Origin: Octopus vulgaris
Taxonomy: Eukaryota
DNA: 64,000 nt
Direction of reading: 5' to 3'
Assembly: GCA_951406725.2 (NCBI GenBank)
Contig: OX597839.1
Location: 24,242,001 to 24,306,000, forward strand
The position numbers and the translations under genes were made by a program. The notes under the pieces were generated by a model. It saw only the letters and a program-made list of their open reading frames with translations. It made no database searches and was not told the DNA's origin. Positions within the stretch are counted from its first letter, which is position 1, and each line of letters begins with the position of its first letter. Positions 14,380 to 28,109 of the stretch are shown piece by piece.

Positions 14380-15631
14380 TCGTATTTTGTTATTTCGTTT
14401 TGGTTTTGGCTTTTATTTGCGAGCGATTATTAATTTGAGAAAAGAAGAAGAAAGAAAAAAAAGGGCAAGAAAGAAAGAGCTTTTCCTATCGGCTCCTTGA
14501 AATTAGAATAATTGGTTGGAATTTCGCGAAGAGAATGGAAAGTTAGAAATTTTAATTAAGTCGATCAAAAATCAATTGAATGAGACAAAAATTTATGAAT
14601 TGCTTCTTGATGAATTTAATAAGCTGTTTTGTTAGTTGTCAGCTTCCTCGAGTTAGAAAGGATGGAATGAAAATATTTAAAAAATCCTTTTGAAGACCGA
14701 AAAGGAAACGAGGTGGGGGAGAGGGGCGATCGGTGGAAAAAGAGAGAGAGAGAGAGGGGGGGGAAAGAAAAAAAGGAGAAGAAGAGAGAAATCCATTCGG
14801 TTGTTGTTATGTCTTAAGTAAACACAGAACAGTGAAAGATGTTCGTGACTCATTGAAAAGCTTCCTGTTGACACGGACAATAAACACGAAGGGCGATGGT
14901 GGGGAAAAAAAAAACAACATTTTTTTACACCTTCAGTCACAATGCAGAAGGTCGACGTGGAGCGGCGAAGAAGAGAGAGATAAAAACGACACACACACAC
15001 ACACACGAATACAAGACACGGATTCCTTATGTAACATTTCTGAGGAGAGAACCAGTCTGATTAAGTCGATAAAAGTTTATTTCAGTGACGCAAAAAACTC
15101 CACTTGGTTACACCACTTCAAATTTTACAGAACATCTGTTTTATGAGTCCTGTGGATGGTGACGGTAGTCGGGGGAGCAATTAATTACAGAGTAACCTCC
15201 CTTACTGCCGCTCTTCCTTCAATCAGCTCCGCGAAGTTAGAAATGTCAATAATACAGATTAGCCATATTAGGAGTCATTAAATTTGGAAATAATCCGTGT
15301 TTTTACAAAGAGACACGGAATTGTTTTTAATGGTTTGAAGTAGATATCCCTCCTAACACCAACGATACACTGATACTTTGCAACATTTGATAGGGTTGTT
15401 TGGTGGTGATGGTGGTGGTGGGAGGGGCACTGATATAACACAGCACAACTTGAAGACTTTTAGAGCTCATGAAGTCCCCCCACCCACCAACATCCCCTAC
15501 AGAAATGACCGCAGTCATTTCCTTCCAGAAAGGCGACACAAGACACACACGAGGGAGAGAGAAAAATATGGAAAGACCTCCATTTCTACCCCCAACCCCA
15601 TAAAATTCTTTTTTTTTTTTCTTCAAAATTA

Positions 15632-15832
15632 CAGGTGCAGGAGTGGCTGTGTGGTAAGTAGCTTGTTTACCAGCCACATGGTTCTGGGTTCAGTCCCAGT
15701 GCGTGGCACCTTGGGTAAGTGTCTTCTACTATAGCCTCGGGCCGACCAATGCCTTGTGAGTGGATTTGGTAGACGGAAACTGAAAGAAGCCTGTCGTATG
15801 TTTGTGTGTCTGTGTTTGTCCCCCTAGCATTG
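15632..15832 (+). mobile_element. SINE family A, 5' half
   Basis: GGTGCAGGAGTGGCTGTGTGGTAAG head. Confidence 0.9.
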
Positions 15833-16074
15833 GATAAGTCACTAACTGAAATAAATGGATCTATTGTTTAGGAAAATACTATTTACTTGTTTAAAGGGTT
15901 GTACTGGATAAATTGCGAAAATAACTCTAACAGTTCAAATACTAAGAAATAAGCATGATGATGATGGCTACTTGCAGAAACTTTTGATTTGCTCCCAAAT
16001 ATTCTAACTGCTGGTCAATTTGTTGACATAGCAATGGTCAAGTGTGATTGACCAGTGCTATGTTTTTTCGTCCG

Positions 16075-16275
16075 AGGTCACTTTGTCCAGACATCTTTTG
16101 GTCCAATGTGTCTGATGATTTTTTTTTTGTCCAATGACAAATCCTAGCAATAAAATTCTCGATGGTCATTCGATTTTGACATTCACCTTTTCTAGAGAGT
16201 TTAATTAGGTTTGGACAAAAAGTCGTTGGACAAAAAAAAACATGGATGAAGTAACAGACAAAACGTCACATCGCA
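16075..16275. mobile_element. Probable degenerate MITE with inverted subterminal repeats
   Basis: TTTGTCCA-type motifs on the left face TGGACAAA motifs on the right. Confidence 0.4.
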
Positions 16276-16935
16276 GTGACTGACCAGGTCTAAAAACACA
16301 CCAACGACAAAGACCAAAACAAACTGTCTTTGATGGGTTCTACAAGCAACAGAGGCAAGTTGAATACATTATCTTGTCTAAGGAACACAGCACAATGGCT
16401 ATAGCAAAGTTTGAACTTCTGCCCCCGTGGTTTACAAGCCTAGCAGCTTGGTACGAGAGGGGGGGGTCATATGAAGTAATCAATACGAAGCCATACAATG
16501 ACGATGACAAAGATAAATATAAGCCAAAAGCACAACAAATCTTCCTGATATACAAAACAAATTAACTTAGAGACTGCAGGTGGGTGGGTGGGGGTGCAAG
16601 TGAGTTGTAACTGGGCAAGAGTTGGTTTGACTGTGTAGGCGCTTGTGTATGTGTGTGTGTGCGTGCGTAATATGCACATAATATATACATTCATATACAC
16701 TTACATAGGGTGTATATGATTTTAATTATATGTATTTGCATATATACATACACTTACACACACAAGTACATATGCACACAAAAACAACAACTTTATGTGT
16801 GTGTGTGTGTGGATTGGATGTGTAAATATATGTGAGTGTATGCATGTATATATGTGTTGTGTTTGTATATATACATATATAAAATCACCATGATATATAT
16901 ATGTATATATATACACACATATACACATATATATA

Positions 16936-16969
<34 letters not shown>

Positions 16970-17010
16970 CATGTAAATATATGTGTGCGAATATGTATAT
17001 GTGTATACAT

Positions 17011-17042
<32 letters not shown>

Positions 17043-17508
17043 GCATACTTCAACTGAGTGAATAGGTTTGAAGGAACAAAGAGTAGAGGGGGTGGGTGGG
17101 TTTCAGAACTAATTCTAGAAATCAATTCAAATGAAGGTCACACAACAACAACAACAGCCACCACCACCACCACCACCACGACTACAGTTGCTGGATTAGC
17201 ATTTTAAAAATATCTTGTGCTATAAAAAGCTGAAAGGGAGAAGCGATAAAGTGAAAATTGTAAGTAATCATCGACAGGAATCCTTAATGGACAGCAGATG
17301 CAGAAATGCGCGCAGGTTTAATCATCAAGTTGCACATATCATTTCAGGTGGATTGTTTTGCCAGATCGACTTTCAATGGAGAGACTCAGATAAAATTAGA
17401 CGCATGAATGGAGCGGTTGAGAAGCTGGAAGCTAAACTGCGTGCGTAGGATGTTGTACTGCTAACTACATGGCCCCATGTTTGTGTGTGTGTGTGTATAC
17501 ATAGAGAA

Positions 17509-17549
<41 letters not shown>

Positions 17550-17624
17550 CGTGTGTGTGTGTGTGTATAAATATACATATATACATAAATATACACATGC
17601 ATGCATATACACACATGAACATAC

Positions 17625-17661
<37 letters not shown>

Positions 17662-17732
17662 CACATTCACATATATATTCATGCATACATTAAGCTATAC
17701 ACACATGTGACAGAGTGTGTATGTATTTTTAT

Positions 17733-17774
<42 letters not shown>

Positions 17775-18271
17775 TAGATAGACAGACAGACAGACAGATA
17801 GATAGATAGACAGACAGATAGATAGATAGATAGATAGATACATAGATAGATAGATAGATAGATGTAGTGAGATAGAGCTACACACACATATATATGTATT
17901 ATACATACATAGGCATATATTTATCTTCATCTGTTTTTCGTCCCATTTTTCCATACCATCATGGGTTAGACAGACATCCATTTTGCAACCAGATGCTCCA
18001 CCGCTCCCCAACCCATACCCAGTCTTTTAAGTAAAGCATCTCATATTCCGCTTGCCTTCGAAAGCACAGGATGAAGGACATATCACTTGTAGAGAATGTG
18101 ATCCCCACATCCCCACAGTTTGGCCCAGATGGTGCCACAGACATGCAGAATGTCAACATTCATCTCATCACCCCTCGTTACCCACCGCACAACATTCGGT
18201 GACCCAAGACAATAGAAAGACACCCGGGGTGAGGTATGGTTGGGGTAAATCGTAGTGTATATATATACTCC

Positions 18272-18655
18272 TTACTCTTTTACTTGTTTCAGTCATTTGA
18301 CTGCGGCCATGCTGGAGCACCGCCTTTAGTCGAGCAAATCGACCCCGGGACTTATTCTTTGTAAGCCCAGTATTTATTCTATCGGTCTCTTTTGCCGAAC
18401 CGCTAAGTGACGGGGACATAAACACACCAGCATCGGTTGTCAAGCAATGCTAGGGGGACAAACACATACACACACACATATATACATATACACGACAGGC
18501 TTCTTTCAGTTTCCGTCTACCAAATCCACTCACAAGGCATTGGTCAGCCCGAGGCTATAGCAGAAGACACTTGCCCAAGGTGCCACACAGTGGGACTGAA
18601 CTCGGAACCATGTGGTTGGTAAGCAAGCTACTTACCACACAGCCACTCCTGCGCC
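18272..18655 (-). mobile_element. SINE family A, full length
   Basis: Same structure as 9208-9589. Confidence 0.95.
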
Positions 18656-18660
18656 TATAT

Positions 18661-18888
18661 GTTAAGTTAAGTTAATTTTTTGGCTCAAAAAGCAAAAGCA
18701 AGGCCGTGTAGGGGTACATGGAGTTATGTACAGAGAGAGTGTTCATGCAAAGAGTTCAGGCCATTTCTGGTCAAGAGAGTCTTTGAACCGAGCGGTCGGC
18801 AGCATCTTCACTATCTCGTCCGACAGCTTATTCCACGGATCCGCAACCCGGACGGAAAAAGCTCCTCTCCTTCGATTGAGATGAAAAT
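18661..18888 (-). mobile_element. CR1-like LINE 3' end
   Basis: Minus strand translates HLNRRRGAFSVRVADPWNKLSDEIVKMLPTARFKDSLDQKWPELFA* (stop 18745-18743), matching the FS-RV-PWNKL...FK--LD motif at the end of CR1 ORF2. Short (TTAAC)n tail. Confidence 0.85.
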
Positions 18889-19164
18889 ATGTGTAAAGGT
18901 GCATTGCTTAGCAGTTGGGTCATGGTTGTAATGTCAATTCCTAACAGCGAGACTCTTTGTTTCCTGTTGCTCCAGTCCACTCAGCTGGAAAAAATGAGTC
19001 ATACCTGTAATTCTGTGTCACTCTGAATCTCCCTGAGAACTACATTAATGGTAGATGTGTCTGTGGGGTATCAGATACCTGAAAGTAAATTTCAAGAGCA
19101 GGCTGTTCCATTAATTGGATCAACTGGAACACTCGTCACACCTGACCGAGTGCCAGTTATCTCT

Positions 19165-19370
19165 CTTTTACTTGTTCCAGTCATTTGACTGCAGCCATGC
19201 TGGAGCACTGCCTTTAGTCGAGCAAATCGACCCCGGGAATTATTCTTTGGAAGCCTAGTACTTATTCTATCGGTCTCCTTTGCCGAACCGCTAAGTTACA
19301 GGGACGTAAACACATCAGCATTGGTTGTCAAGCGATGCGGGGGGGGGGGGACACAGACACACACACAGCC
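19165..19370 (-). mobile_element. SINE family A, 3' half
   Basis: Homologous to young copies. Confidence 0.88.
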
Positions 19371-19371
19371 A

Positions 19372-19602
19372 TATTTCTTTACTACCCACAAGGGGCTAAA
19401 TATAGAGGGGACAAACAAGGACAGACAAACGGATTAAGTCGATTACATCGACCCCAGTGCGTAACTGGTACTTAATTTATCGACCCCAAAGGATGTAAGG
19501 CAAAGTCGATCTTGGCGGAATTTGAACTCAGAACATAACGGCAGACGAAATACGGCTACGCATTTCGCCCGGCGTGCTAACGATTCTGCCAGCTCGCTGC
19601 CG
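19372..19602 (-). mobile_element. SINE family B, full length (Meta-domain-like centre)
   Basis: Minus strand GGCAGCGAGCTGGCAGAATCGTTAGC...GAGTTCAAATTCC (B box)...GACTTTGCCTTACATCCTTTGGGGTCGATAAATTAAGTACCAG, resembling the MetaSINE central domain. Confidence 0.88.
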
Positions 19603-20140
19603 ATATTATATAAATATCTGTGTGAATGTTTCCTTGTTTTGACATTGGGAGTTTATCTTGTAAACGAATATCATCATCATACAAGCAGTGTTGTCCATAT
19701 TCAGTCTTCCACGAAAACATGTCTGGCCGTTGAGCTGTTCTTGTTCAAAGAGTTAGGGGTAATAATTATTTGGTTGGAAACTGATGAGGGTTGACAACCT
19801 GCAGAGTCTCTGGCCGTACAAAACCTATCTCGGAGAAATTTTGCCTGATCCATGCAAGCATGGAAAAGCAAACATTGTGATGGTGATGAAGAGGAGGAGG
19901 AGGAGGAAATATTAAATAGCAACATTCTTTACAGTGAAATATGGTGTGTTGCTTTTATACCCGCAGCCCCGGCCATGTGATAGACAAACGAGAGGGCCAG
20001 TGTATAATTATCGTGTCGTATAATTAACTGAAATAGCGGTACACATGAACCGAATAAATACGTGTGAATTCAAACAACAGGACAGTGCAGTACAGTAAAT
20101 TACAGTAATTACACCACGAATAATAATAATAATAATAATA

Positions 20141-20188
<48 letters not shown>

Positions 20189-20762
20189 TGTGTGTGTGTG
20201 TGTGTGTGTGAGAAAGAGACAGAGTCCATTGAGATTTAACATGAAACAAAGACACCAATATGCTTAATTATCAGAAATCAATATGATTGCCAAAATTCTA
20301 TCAGGAAACACATCTATTTGTCGTCCAGTGTATAAAAGTATCAAAGCGTTGCTCCGTCGTCTTGGCAGAAATTTCCAGACTAACAGCTAAAGGTTAAAGA
20401 TATAACTATCTCTTGACCATCATCAAAAGGGTTTTTTACACTGTTGTTTGACCTGCTGGCTATAACAGCTAATTCTCCTTCAAATTACACCTCACAGATT
20501 CATTAATGGTTTTCTAACAGAAATCCGATTTATCCATTCAAAATTTCAGATACCCTTAATTGTGGAAAGTGGTTTTATAAACCAATCTATCTTTCGTTGA
20601 GGAATGTGATGTTTCAATCTATTTGTTGTTGAGAAACATCAAGTTTATTGAAATTACCAATTCTAATTTTTGATAGATATTTTAACATTAATTACCAGAA
20701 TAATCATGGAATTTGATTTTGCAGTTTAAAGGATTAAGCTGGTGTTTGGAACATAGAGAAAA

Positions 20763-21024
20763 AAGCATAGACTAGCATATTTCGGTCATATTATGCGGAG
20801 AAAATCCCTGGAGAAGGACATCATGCTCGGAATGGTCAGTGGCAAGAGAGGAAGAGGCCGACCAAGAACCCGCTGGCTTGACACCATCAAGAGTGATACT
20901 GGAATGGACATAGCCAATCTGAAAGAAGCGGCCCAGGATAGAACTGACTGGAGGACACTGATCCAACGAGTAACCGAGAGTCGACTTCGACTGAGCGGAT
21001 AGATATATATATATATATATATAT
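20763..21024 (+). mobile_element. RTE/BovB-like LINE, 5'-truncated 3' end
   Basis: Open frame 20763-21002: KHRLAYFGHIMRRKSLEKDIMLGMVSGKRGRGRPRTRWLDTIKSDTG...DRTDWRTLIQRVTESRLRLSG*, the typical RTE-clade C-terminus. A (GATA)/(TA)n tail follows directly. Confidence 0.93.
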
Positions 21025-21069
21025 TGGTATAGTAACTCTTTTACTGCAGAAATCAGATGAATCCACTCA

Positions 21070-21722
21070 GGTCAATAGGCCAGTAATTTCAAGGATGGGG
21101 CAGGGCAATTACCAATCAACCCCAGTGCTGAACTGGTACTTACTTAATAGACCCCCAAAGGGATGGAAGGCAAAACCAACCTCAGCAGAATTTGAACTCA
21201 AAACGTAAAGACAGATGAAATATTGCCAAACATTTTGTCCAGCAAGCTAACAATTCTGCCAGTTCACTGCCTTTAAAATAATAATAATCTTTCCTACTGG
21301 AAGAACAAGGCCTGAAATTTGGGGGAGGAGACTAGTTGATTATATCGACCCCAGTGTTTCACTGGTACTTAATTTATCGACCCTGAAAGGATGAAAGGCA
21401 AAGTTGACCTCAGCAGAATTTGAACTCAGACAGACAAAATACCTTTAAGCATTTTGCCTGATGTGTTAACAATTCTGCCAGCTCGCTGCCTTAAATAATA
21501 ATAATCCTTTCTACTATAGGCACAAGGCCCAAAATTTTTTGGGGGAGGGGGCCAGGCAATTAGATCGACCCCAGTATGCAACAGATACTTAATTTATCCA
21601 CCCCCAAAGGGATGAAAGGCAAAGTCAACCCCAGCAGAATTTGAACTCAGAACATAAAGTCAGACGAAATGCTGTTAGGCATTTTGCCCAGCATGCTAAC
21701 GATTCTACCAGTTCGCCACCTT
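21070..21722 (-). mobile_element. Head-to-tail cluster of three SINE family B copies separated by (AAT)n
   Basis: Three diverged units with heads, ending near 21273, 21492 and 21722. Confidence 0.88.
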
Positions 21723-21746
21723 AGTAGTTGTAGCAGTAGTAGTAGT

Positions 21747-21778
<32 letters not shown>

Positions 21779-22424
21779 TAGTAGTAATGATAATAACAAT
21801 AACCCTATCTACTAAAGGCACAAGGTATGAAATAACGGGGCAGTGGTAGTTGATTACATTGACCCCCTAATACTATTCTTTTATTCTTTTATACTTTTAC
21901 TTGTTTCAGTCATTTTGACTGCGGCCATGCTGGAGCACGTTGATAATAATGATGAAATTTTTTTTTATTTGCCACAAAGGCCACAGATAAGTGGCACAGT
22001 GCAAAGACAGACTTAAAAGAATGGGTATTTATATAGAATGGCAGGATACGATACAAAAAAACAATTTTTTTTCATGCAAGTATACATGTTGTACAATATA
22101 TACAAAAGAAACGAAGGCTATATCAGTTAATAACAACAACAACAGCAACAAACAATGGAATGGGCCCTGTAAATGCTTCGAAATCAGGCGTTCGGCCCCG
22201 TTTGTTAACCTTGAAAACAATTCGTACGTATGTCTGTTTGTCTTTCCCACTTACAAGATCTGTTGGCCATTCTCTTTGTCATGTTTTTCTGAGGGAGGGA
22301 GGGAGAGAGAGAGAGAGAGAGGGAGGGAGAGAGAGAGGTTTCGTGTAACTCCTTGCAGTTCATAAGTAAACAAACAACAACGTAGAGTTGTGTCAACAAG
22401 TATGCACATTACATATGCATCAGA

Positions 22425-22790
22425 GTACACACACACACACACACACACACTGTGTATGTATAGATATGCGCATGTACTCATACATAAATATATGTATGTG
22501 TCCACACACACACACATATATATATATATACACACATTATATATATATTTATATACACACATTATATATATATATATACACACATTATATATATATATAT
22601 ATATATACACACATTATATATATATATATATATATACACATTATATATATATATATATACACACACATATATATATATATATATACACACATTATATATA
22701 TATATATATAATGTGTATATATATATATTTACATATATGCACATATGTAAATACATAAATATGTTAAATGATTATCTGTATGTATATATG

Positions 22791-22840
<50 letters not shown>

Positions 22841-22896
22841 CAAAGATACATTTATGTATGTCTATCCCTATATATTATATATATATATATATATAA

Positions 22897-22936
<40 letters not shown>
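22425..22936. repeat. (TA)/(CA) higher-order minisatellite and (TG)n
   Basis: ACACATT(AT)n units repeated. Confidence 0.93.
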
Positions 22937-22938
<2 letters not shown>

Positions 22939-23414
22939 GGAAAAACATAAAATAGATAAAAAAAACCCAAAACATGAATATTAAAAAAAAAACTATAAAA
23001 CTAAGCCAGAGACAAAGGCAGTGTGTTTGTGTTTATGAAGTAAAGTGATATAGATGTTTACTTTAAGAAAGAAAAAAAAGAGAGAGAGAGAAAAACAGGC
23101 AACAGACATTTGATGAACGTGATGAAGAGGAGGACGAGGGGGATGAAGAGGAGGAGGAGGTGTGAGACACATGTAAATGAAAATGCGAAAACAAGAAGAA
23201 ACAGCAAGAACAATGGCAACAGCTAGAACCACTTACTGGTTTCTGTGTGTCGATCTTGTACAAGGTATTGGTAAACGTTGTAGGGTACTTCAGATGGACG
23301 ATAATACCATTTCACATTCACCACCAGGGTATCGCGTTTGGTCTGGAAACACAAGAGGGGGGGAAAGAGAAAAAAGAAGTTTTGTTAGACTGGCAATAGT
23401 ACAAACCACTAAGC

Positions 23415-23536
23415 AATCATCATCATCATCATCATCATCAATATCAACATCAACATTATCATCATCATCAATATCAACGTCATCATCATCATCATCAACA
23501 ATATCAACGTCATCATCATCATCATCAATATCAACG

Positions 23537-23569
<33 letters not shown>

Positions 23570-23707
23570 ACAATATCAACATCATCATCATCATCATCAA
23601 CAATATCAATGTTATCATCATCATCAACAATATCAACGTCACCATCATCATCATCAACAATATCAACGTCATCATCATCATCATCAGCAGCAGCAGCAGC
23701 AACAACA
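23415..23707. repeat. (CAT)n-derived minisatellite with ~30-bp higher-order unit
   Basis: CAATATCAACGT(CAT)n repeated about 8 times. Confidence 0.93.
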
Positions 23708-24036
23708 GTTTATGCTCAGCTTTTGTCTTTTACTTATTTAAATCATTAGACTGGCCATGCTGGAGCACCACAGCCTTGAAGAAATTTTTTAGTTGAATGA
23801 ATAGACCTCAGTTCTTATTCTGTCCCCTTTTTTTTCTTTTCTTTTTTATAAAGCCTGGTACCTATTCTATCAGTTTCATTTGCTGAACTGCCAAGTTACA
23901 CACACACACACTGCTTCATGGCATAACACACATTCCAAAGTTTGTTTTACTTCCATTAGATAAAATGGCTGGTTTACAACAGAAAATGGTAAGGCACCGT
24001 ACTAAATATAACATACGCACAGCATGTTCCAACTCA

Positions 24037-24650
24037 GAGGTTTTCAACCATTTTTTAGCTATTGACCCCTCTAGTTCCTATTTTACTTGGGTGAACCCTC
24101 CTAGCCAATTGAGGTTTAAAAAGTTTCCCGTTATATTTTTTAGAATTAATTATTATTAGGAATTTCATTAAAAAAAAATCATTAAAATATATAGGCAGAG
24201 GCGTGGCTGTGGGGTAAAAGGCTTGCTCTACAAACCACATGGTTCCCGGTTCCCTCCCACTACATGGCACCTCAGGCAGGTGTCTTCTACTACAGCCTTG
24301 ACCAAAGCCTTGTGAATGGATTTGATAGACAGAAACTGAAGGAAGCCCGTTGTGTGAGTGTGTACGTGTCTGTGTTGATAACTGGTGTTGGTGTGTTTAC
24401 ATCCCCGTAACTTAGTGGTCAGGCAAATAGATACTGATAAAATAAGTAGCAGGCTTACAAAATAATAAGTACTGGGACTGATTCATTCAACTAAAAATTC
24501 TAGAAGGTGGTGCCCCAGCATGGTCGCAGTCTGATGACTGAAACAACTAAAAGAAACGAGATATCTGATGCACTGAAGAAATATGAGCAATTTATTAGGG
24601 ACCCATGAAGGCCATATGAACCCCACAGTGTATCACAAGGTTAAGCAATT
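24037..24650. mobile_element. Degenerate hAT-like MITE interrupted by a family A SINE (24193-24555, +)
   Basis: Left end CAGAGGTTTTCAACCATTTTT; degenerate right end ..GAACCCC..AGGTTAAGCAA. The SINE A homology inside is clear. Confidence 0.5.
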
Positions 24651-24715
24651 AAGGATTTAGACGCAAATTCCAGCAATTAATGTCTTAGGTTTTCTTTTAT
24701 AGCTGGAGAGAGGAA

Positions 24716-24985
24716 GAGAGAGAAAGAGAGACAGAGATAGACAAACGGAAAAGAGAGAGAAAGAGAGAGACAGAGATAGACAAACGGAAAAGAGAGAGAC
24801 AGAGATAGACAAACGGAAAAGAGAGAGAAAGAGAGAGGCAGAGATAGACAAATGGAAAAGAGAGAGAAAGAGAGAGGCAGAGATAGACAAATGGAAAAGA
24901 GAGAGAAAGAGAGAGGCAGAGATAGACAAATGGAAAAGAGAGAGAAAGAGAGAGGCAGAGATAGACAAATGGAAAAGAGAGAGAG
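24716..24985. repeat. 39-bp GA-rich minisatellite, about 7 units
   Basis: Unit GAGAGAGAAAGAGAGAGGCAGAGATAGACAAATGGAAAA. Confidence 0.93.
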
Positions 24986-25494
24986 GTGGAGGTAGCTAGG
25001 TAAACCTTGTGGAAGAAAAACATGTTTTTGCTTTATTATTTTTTTTGTGTTTTTTGGTTATTGTAGGCCTCAGGTTCTCCCCGCCACACACACACACACA
25101 CACACACACACATGCCATTCTGCAAGTGAGAGGGGTAAAATGCGTCAAAAGAAACCGATTGGCGATATTTTATTACAGACTTGCATGGAAATAAAAGAAA
25201 AAAAGCAGGAGAATTGTTTATATTAGAAATATTTTGTTGCGGCAGGTAAGAATAAGTTTTACTGCTGCAGAAACCCCTGGAAACGTGCAGGTGAAGATGG
25301 GAGAGGGTCGGGGGGGTCGATTCTGCTAGAGTACAGAGCACCGGTCTTTTTTTTTTTTTTTTTCTTTTTCTCTTCCTCTCTGGAAGTACAAAATCATCAA
25401 TCAACTGGCAGAAGAAATAAAATCCCAACTTTCAGAAGAAATAGTTCTTTAAGCAGTCGACTCCAAACACCACTACCACCACCACCATTATTAT

Positions 25495-25525
<31 letters not shown>

Positions 25526-25808
25526 GCTGCTGCTGCTTGGCACTCTCTCAGTTATGACAAGTGTTTCAACAACCGATTCAATCAACAGAACAGTAGGCAC
25601 ACAGAATTAACGTGAAAGTGGCTGAGCACTCCACAGGCTCACTCTGAGAGAGAGAGAGATTCAGCACAATCCAGAATGTGAAGGGCCTCGAAAGGGTGAA
25701 AGGTAAAGTGGACCTCGGCTGGATTTGAACCCAGAAAGTAGCAACGGGCAAAATACTGCTAAGCATTTCGTCTGGCGAGTTAACAATTCTGCCAGCTTGC
25801 TGGCTTAA

Positions 25809-26116
25809 CCCCTTACCCGGCAGAAACGAATATATGCGTTTTGACCGAAATCGTTTTTTTCCATCTCTGGCGAGTTAACTCATCATAAGATAGACTCGCC
25901 AAAATCGACAACAAACGAGTTCCTTCGTCTAAAAACGGGTTAACTTGTTTCTGCCCAAAGCGGTAATTTAAAATCAATATTATTGAATTAAAATTCATAA
26001 TAAATAAGGTTTGAAATATACCTCGAAATCACCATTCAAAACATAGTAAAATAAAACAATTAAAAAATATGTCTGAAAAAATACATTTATTTTCAAAATA
26101 ATTGTTGGGTAAGGGG
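25809..26116. mobile_element. piggyBac-like MITE, 308 bp
   Basis: TTAA|CCCCTTACCC ... GGGTAAGGGG|TTAA. Confidence 0.85.
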
Positions 26117-26984
26117 TTAATAATGATAGGTTTCAAATTCTGCCACAAGGGCAGCAATCTTGAGGGATGTGGACAGTCGATCACATCGACCCCAGTATCT
26201 GACTGCTACTTAATTTATCAACCCTGAAAGGATGAAAGGTAAAACTGACCTTGGCAGAATTTGAACTCAGAACGTGCAGACACGAACAAAGTGTTGTGAA
26301 GCATTTTGCCTGGTGTTTTAATGATTCTGCCAGCTTGCCACCCTAATGATAATAATACCACCACCATCTATACCAGGAGCACCACCACCAAGACCAGAGT
26401 GAATTCCTTTCCATCAACATCAAACAGTCTAAACTACAGAAGGGGAGGCAATAGTTTATTTGAGAAATTATCATCATTATCTCTCATTATTAGCTTAATT
26501 AGCTGAGCATCAGGAATTAATTTAATTAAAAGAGATTAATTAATACTTAGGGATCACTCTCTTGAAAGATAACATTGCAGTTTACCAAGGCAAAAGGGTT
26601 AACATTTGGTGGGTTCCTTGTTGATGGGACTACACAACCTTCGCAGTCCCAGCTTGGTTTATTGTTGAATAAACTCCAGAACTGATCAAGGAGATATTCC
26701 AACTGTGACCATTCCATCTTGACGTCATCATATCACCATCATGATCTTGTCAGGTGACTTACATGGACCAATGCGACTCGTCCGTACTGGAGGTCCCAGC
26801 TGAGTGGCGCGGCATCTGGTTTGCGTTTTAATTACATCAGTCTTTCAATGGCTGGATTATCTCATCTGCATAACCCAAGATTACAGATGAGAGCTGTAGT
26901 TCACAAACTGAACTGGTTGAACCTGGCCACTGACACGTTGTTCTCTGTTCATCTGCTCAGCATCTAACTGACATTCGACGTCCT

Positions 26985-27327
26985 TTTATCTTTTATTGAT
27001 TTCAGTCATTAGATTGTGACCATGCTGGGGCACCGCCTTGAAGAATTCTTAGTCAAATAAATGAACCCCAGTGTTTTTTTTTTAAGTTAAAGCCTGGTAG
27101 TCGCTCTATTGGTCTGTTCACTAGACCACTAAGTTATGTGGACATAAACACACCAACACCGGTTGTCAAATGGTGGTGAAACACACAAACACACATATAG
27201 ATATATATATACATATACATATATACGACGGGCTTCTTTCAGTTTCCGTCCAAATACCAAATCCACTACCACACACCACATATATATATATATATATATA
27301 TACATACATATATGTATATGTATGTGT

Positions 27328-27373
<46 letters not shown>

Positions 27374-27635
27374 CATACATGATGTCCATCATATATACAT
27401 ATATCTATCATCATCATCATCATCATATGGATGTTAAATGATGATGATATATATATACACACATATATATATGATGGTCTTGTTTCAGTTCCCATCTAAC
27501 AAATCTACCCACAAAGCTTTGGTCAGCCAAGGCTATAGTAGAAGACACTTGCCCAAGGTGCTAGCCACACAGTGGGATAGAACCCAGAGACGTGTGGTTG
27601 GGAGGCAAACCTCTTACCACACAGCTACACCTGCA
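26985..27635 (-). mobile_element. Older SINE family A copy or copies with expanded internal microsatellite
   Basis: Tail, body and head homology split by (TA)n/(CAT)n. Confidence 0.75.
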
Positions 27636-28109
27636 CCAGTGATCCAAGAAGATTCATTGACTGAAATAGTTTGCATCCACCCTGCTGCACCCCATGACTT
27701 CAATATACCCTGGCTCACTAGACTATTTGAACCATAGGTGGGGTCCGGGCAAGTGCTTTCACACCAGGTCAGAGCAGAGTGTGGAACAAGAGAGGCTAAG
27801 AGGTGGTTCCACATCACTGAAGCTCCTGGTCCAGGGCCTCACCACCAAATACAGTTTAGTATGATTGAAGAGAAATTTGGCTGCTACTTCTAGCAGGTCC
27901 AAGATATTTTAGGTGGCATGAGGATAAAAGTGTCTATGAACATGGAGGAAGGAACATGGTTGACTACATGTGAAGAAAATGGAAGTGAAACTGACATTGC
28001 TGGAATTTCGTTGGTGCATGTAGTAACATACATCACAGGTTCCCATTATTATATGAAATACTGGCAACATGTAGCAGTAAGGAATTAGCCTATCACAGAC
28101 AAAGAATAA

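Noticed and set aside
23177-23749. 190-aa Ser-rich ORF
   Set aside because: Made by a (CAT)n minisatellite; no domain or splice support.
24526-24546. CTGATGA..GAAAC in older SINE A tails, hammerhead-like
   Set aside because: No room for stem II; it is the CAGTC/GACTG 3' stem-loop of the SINE.
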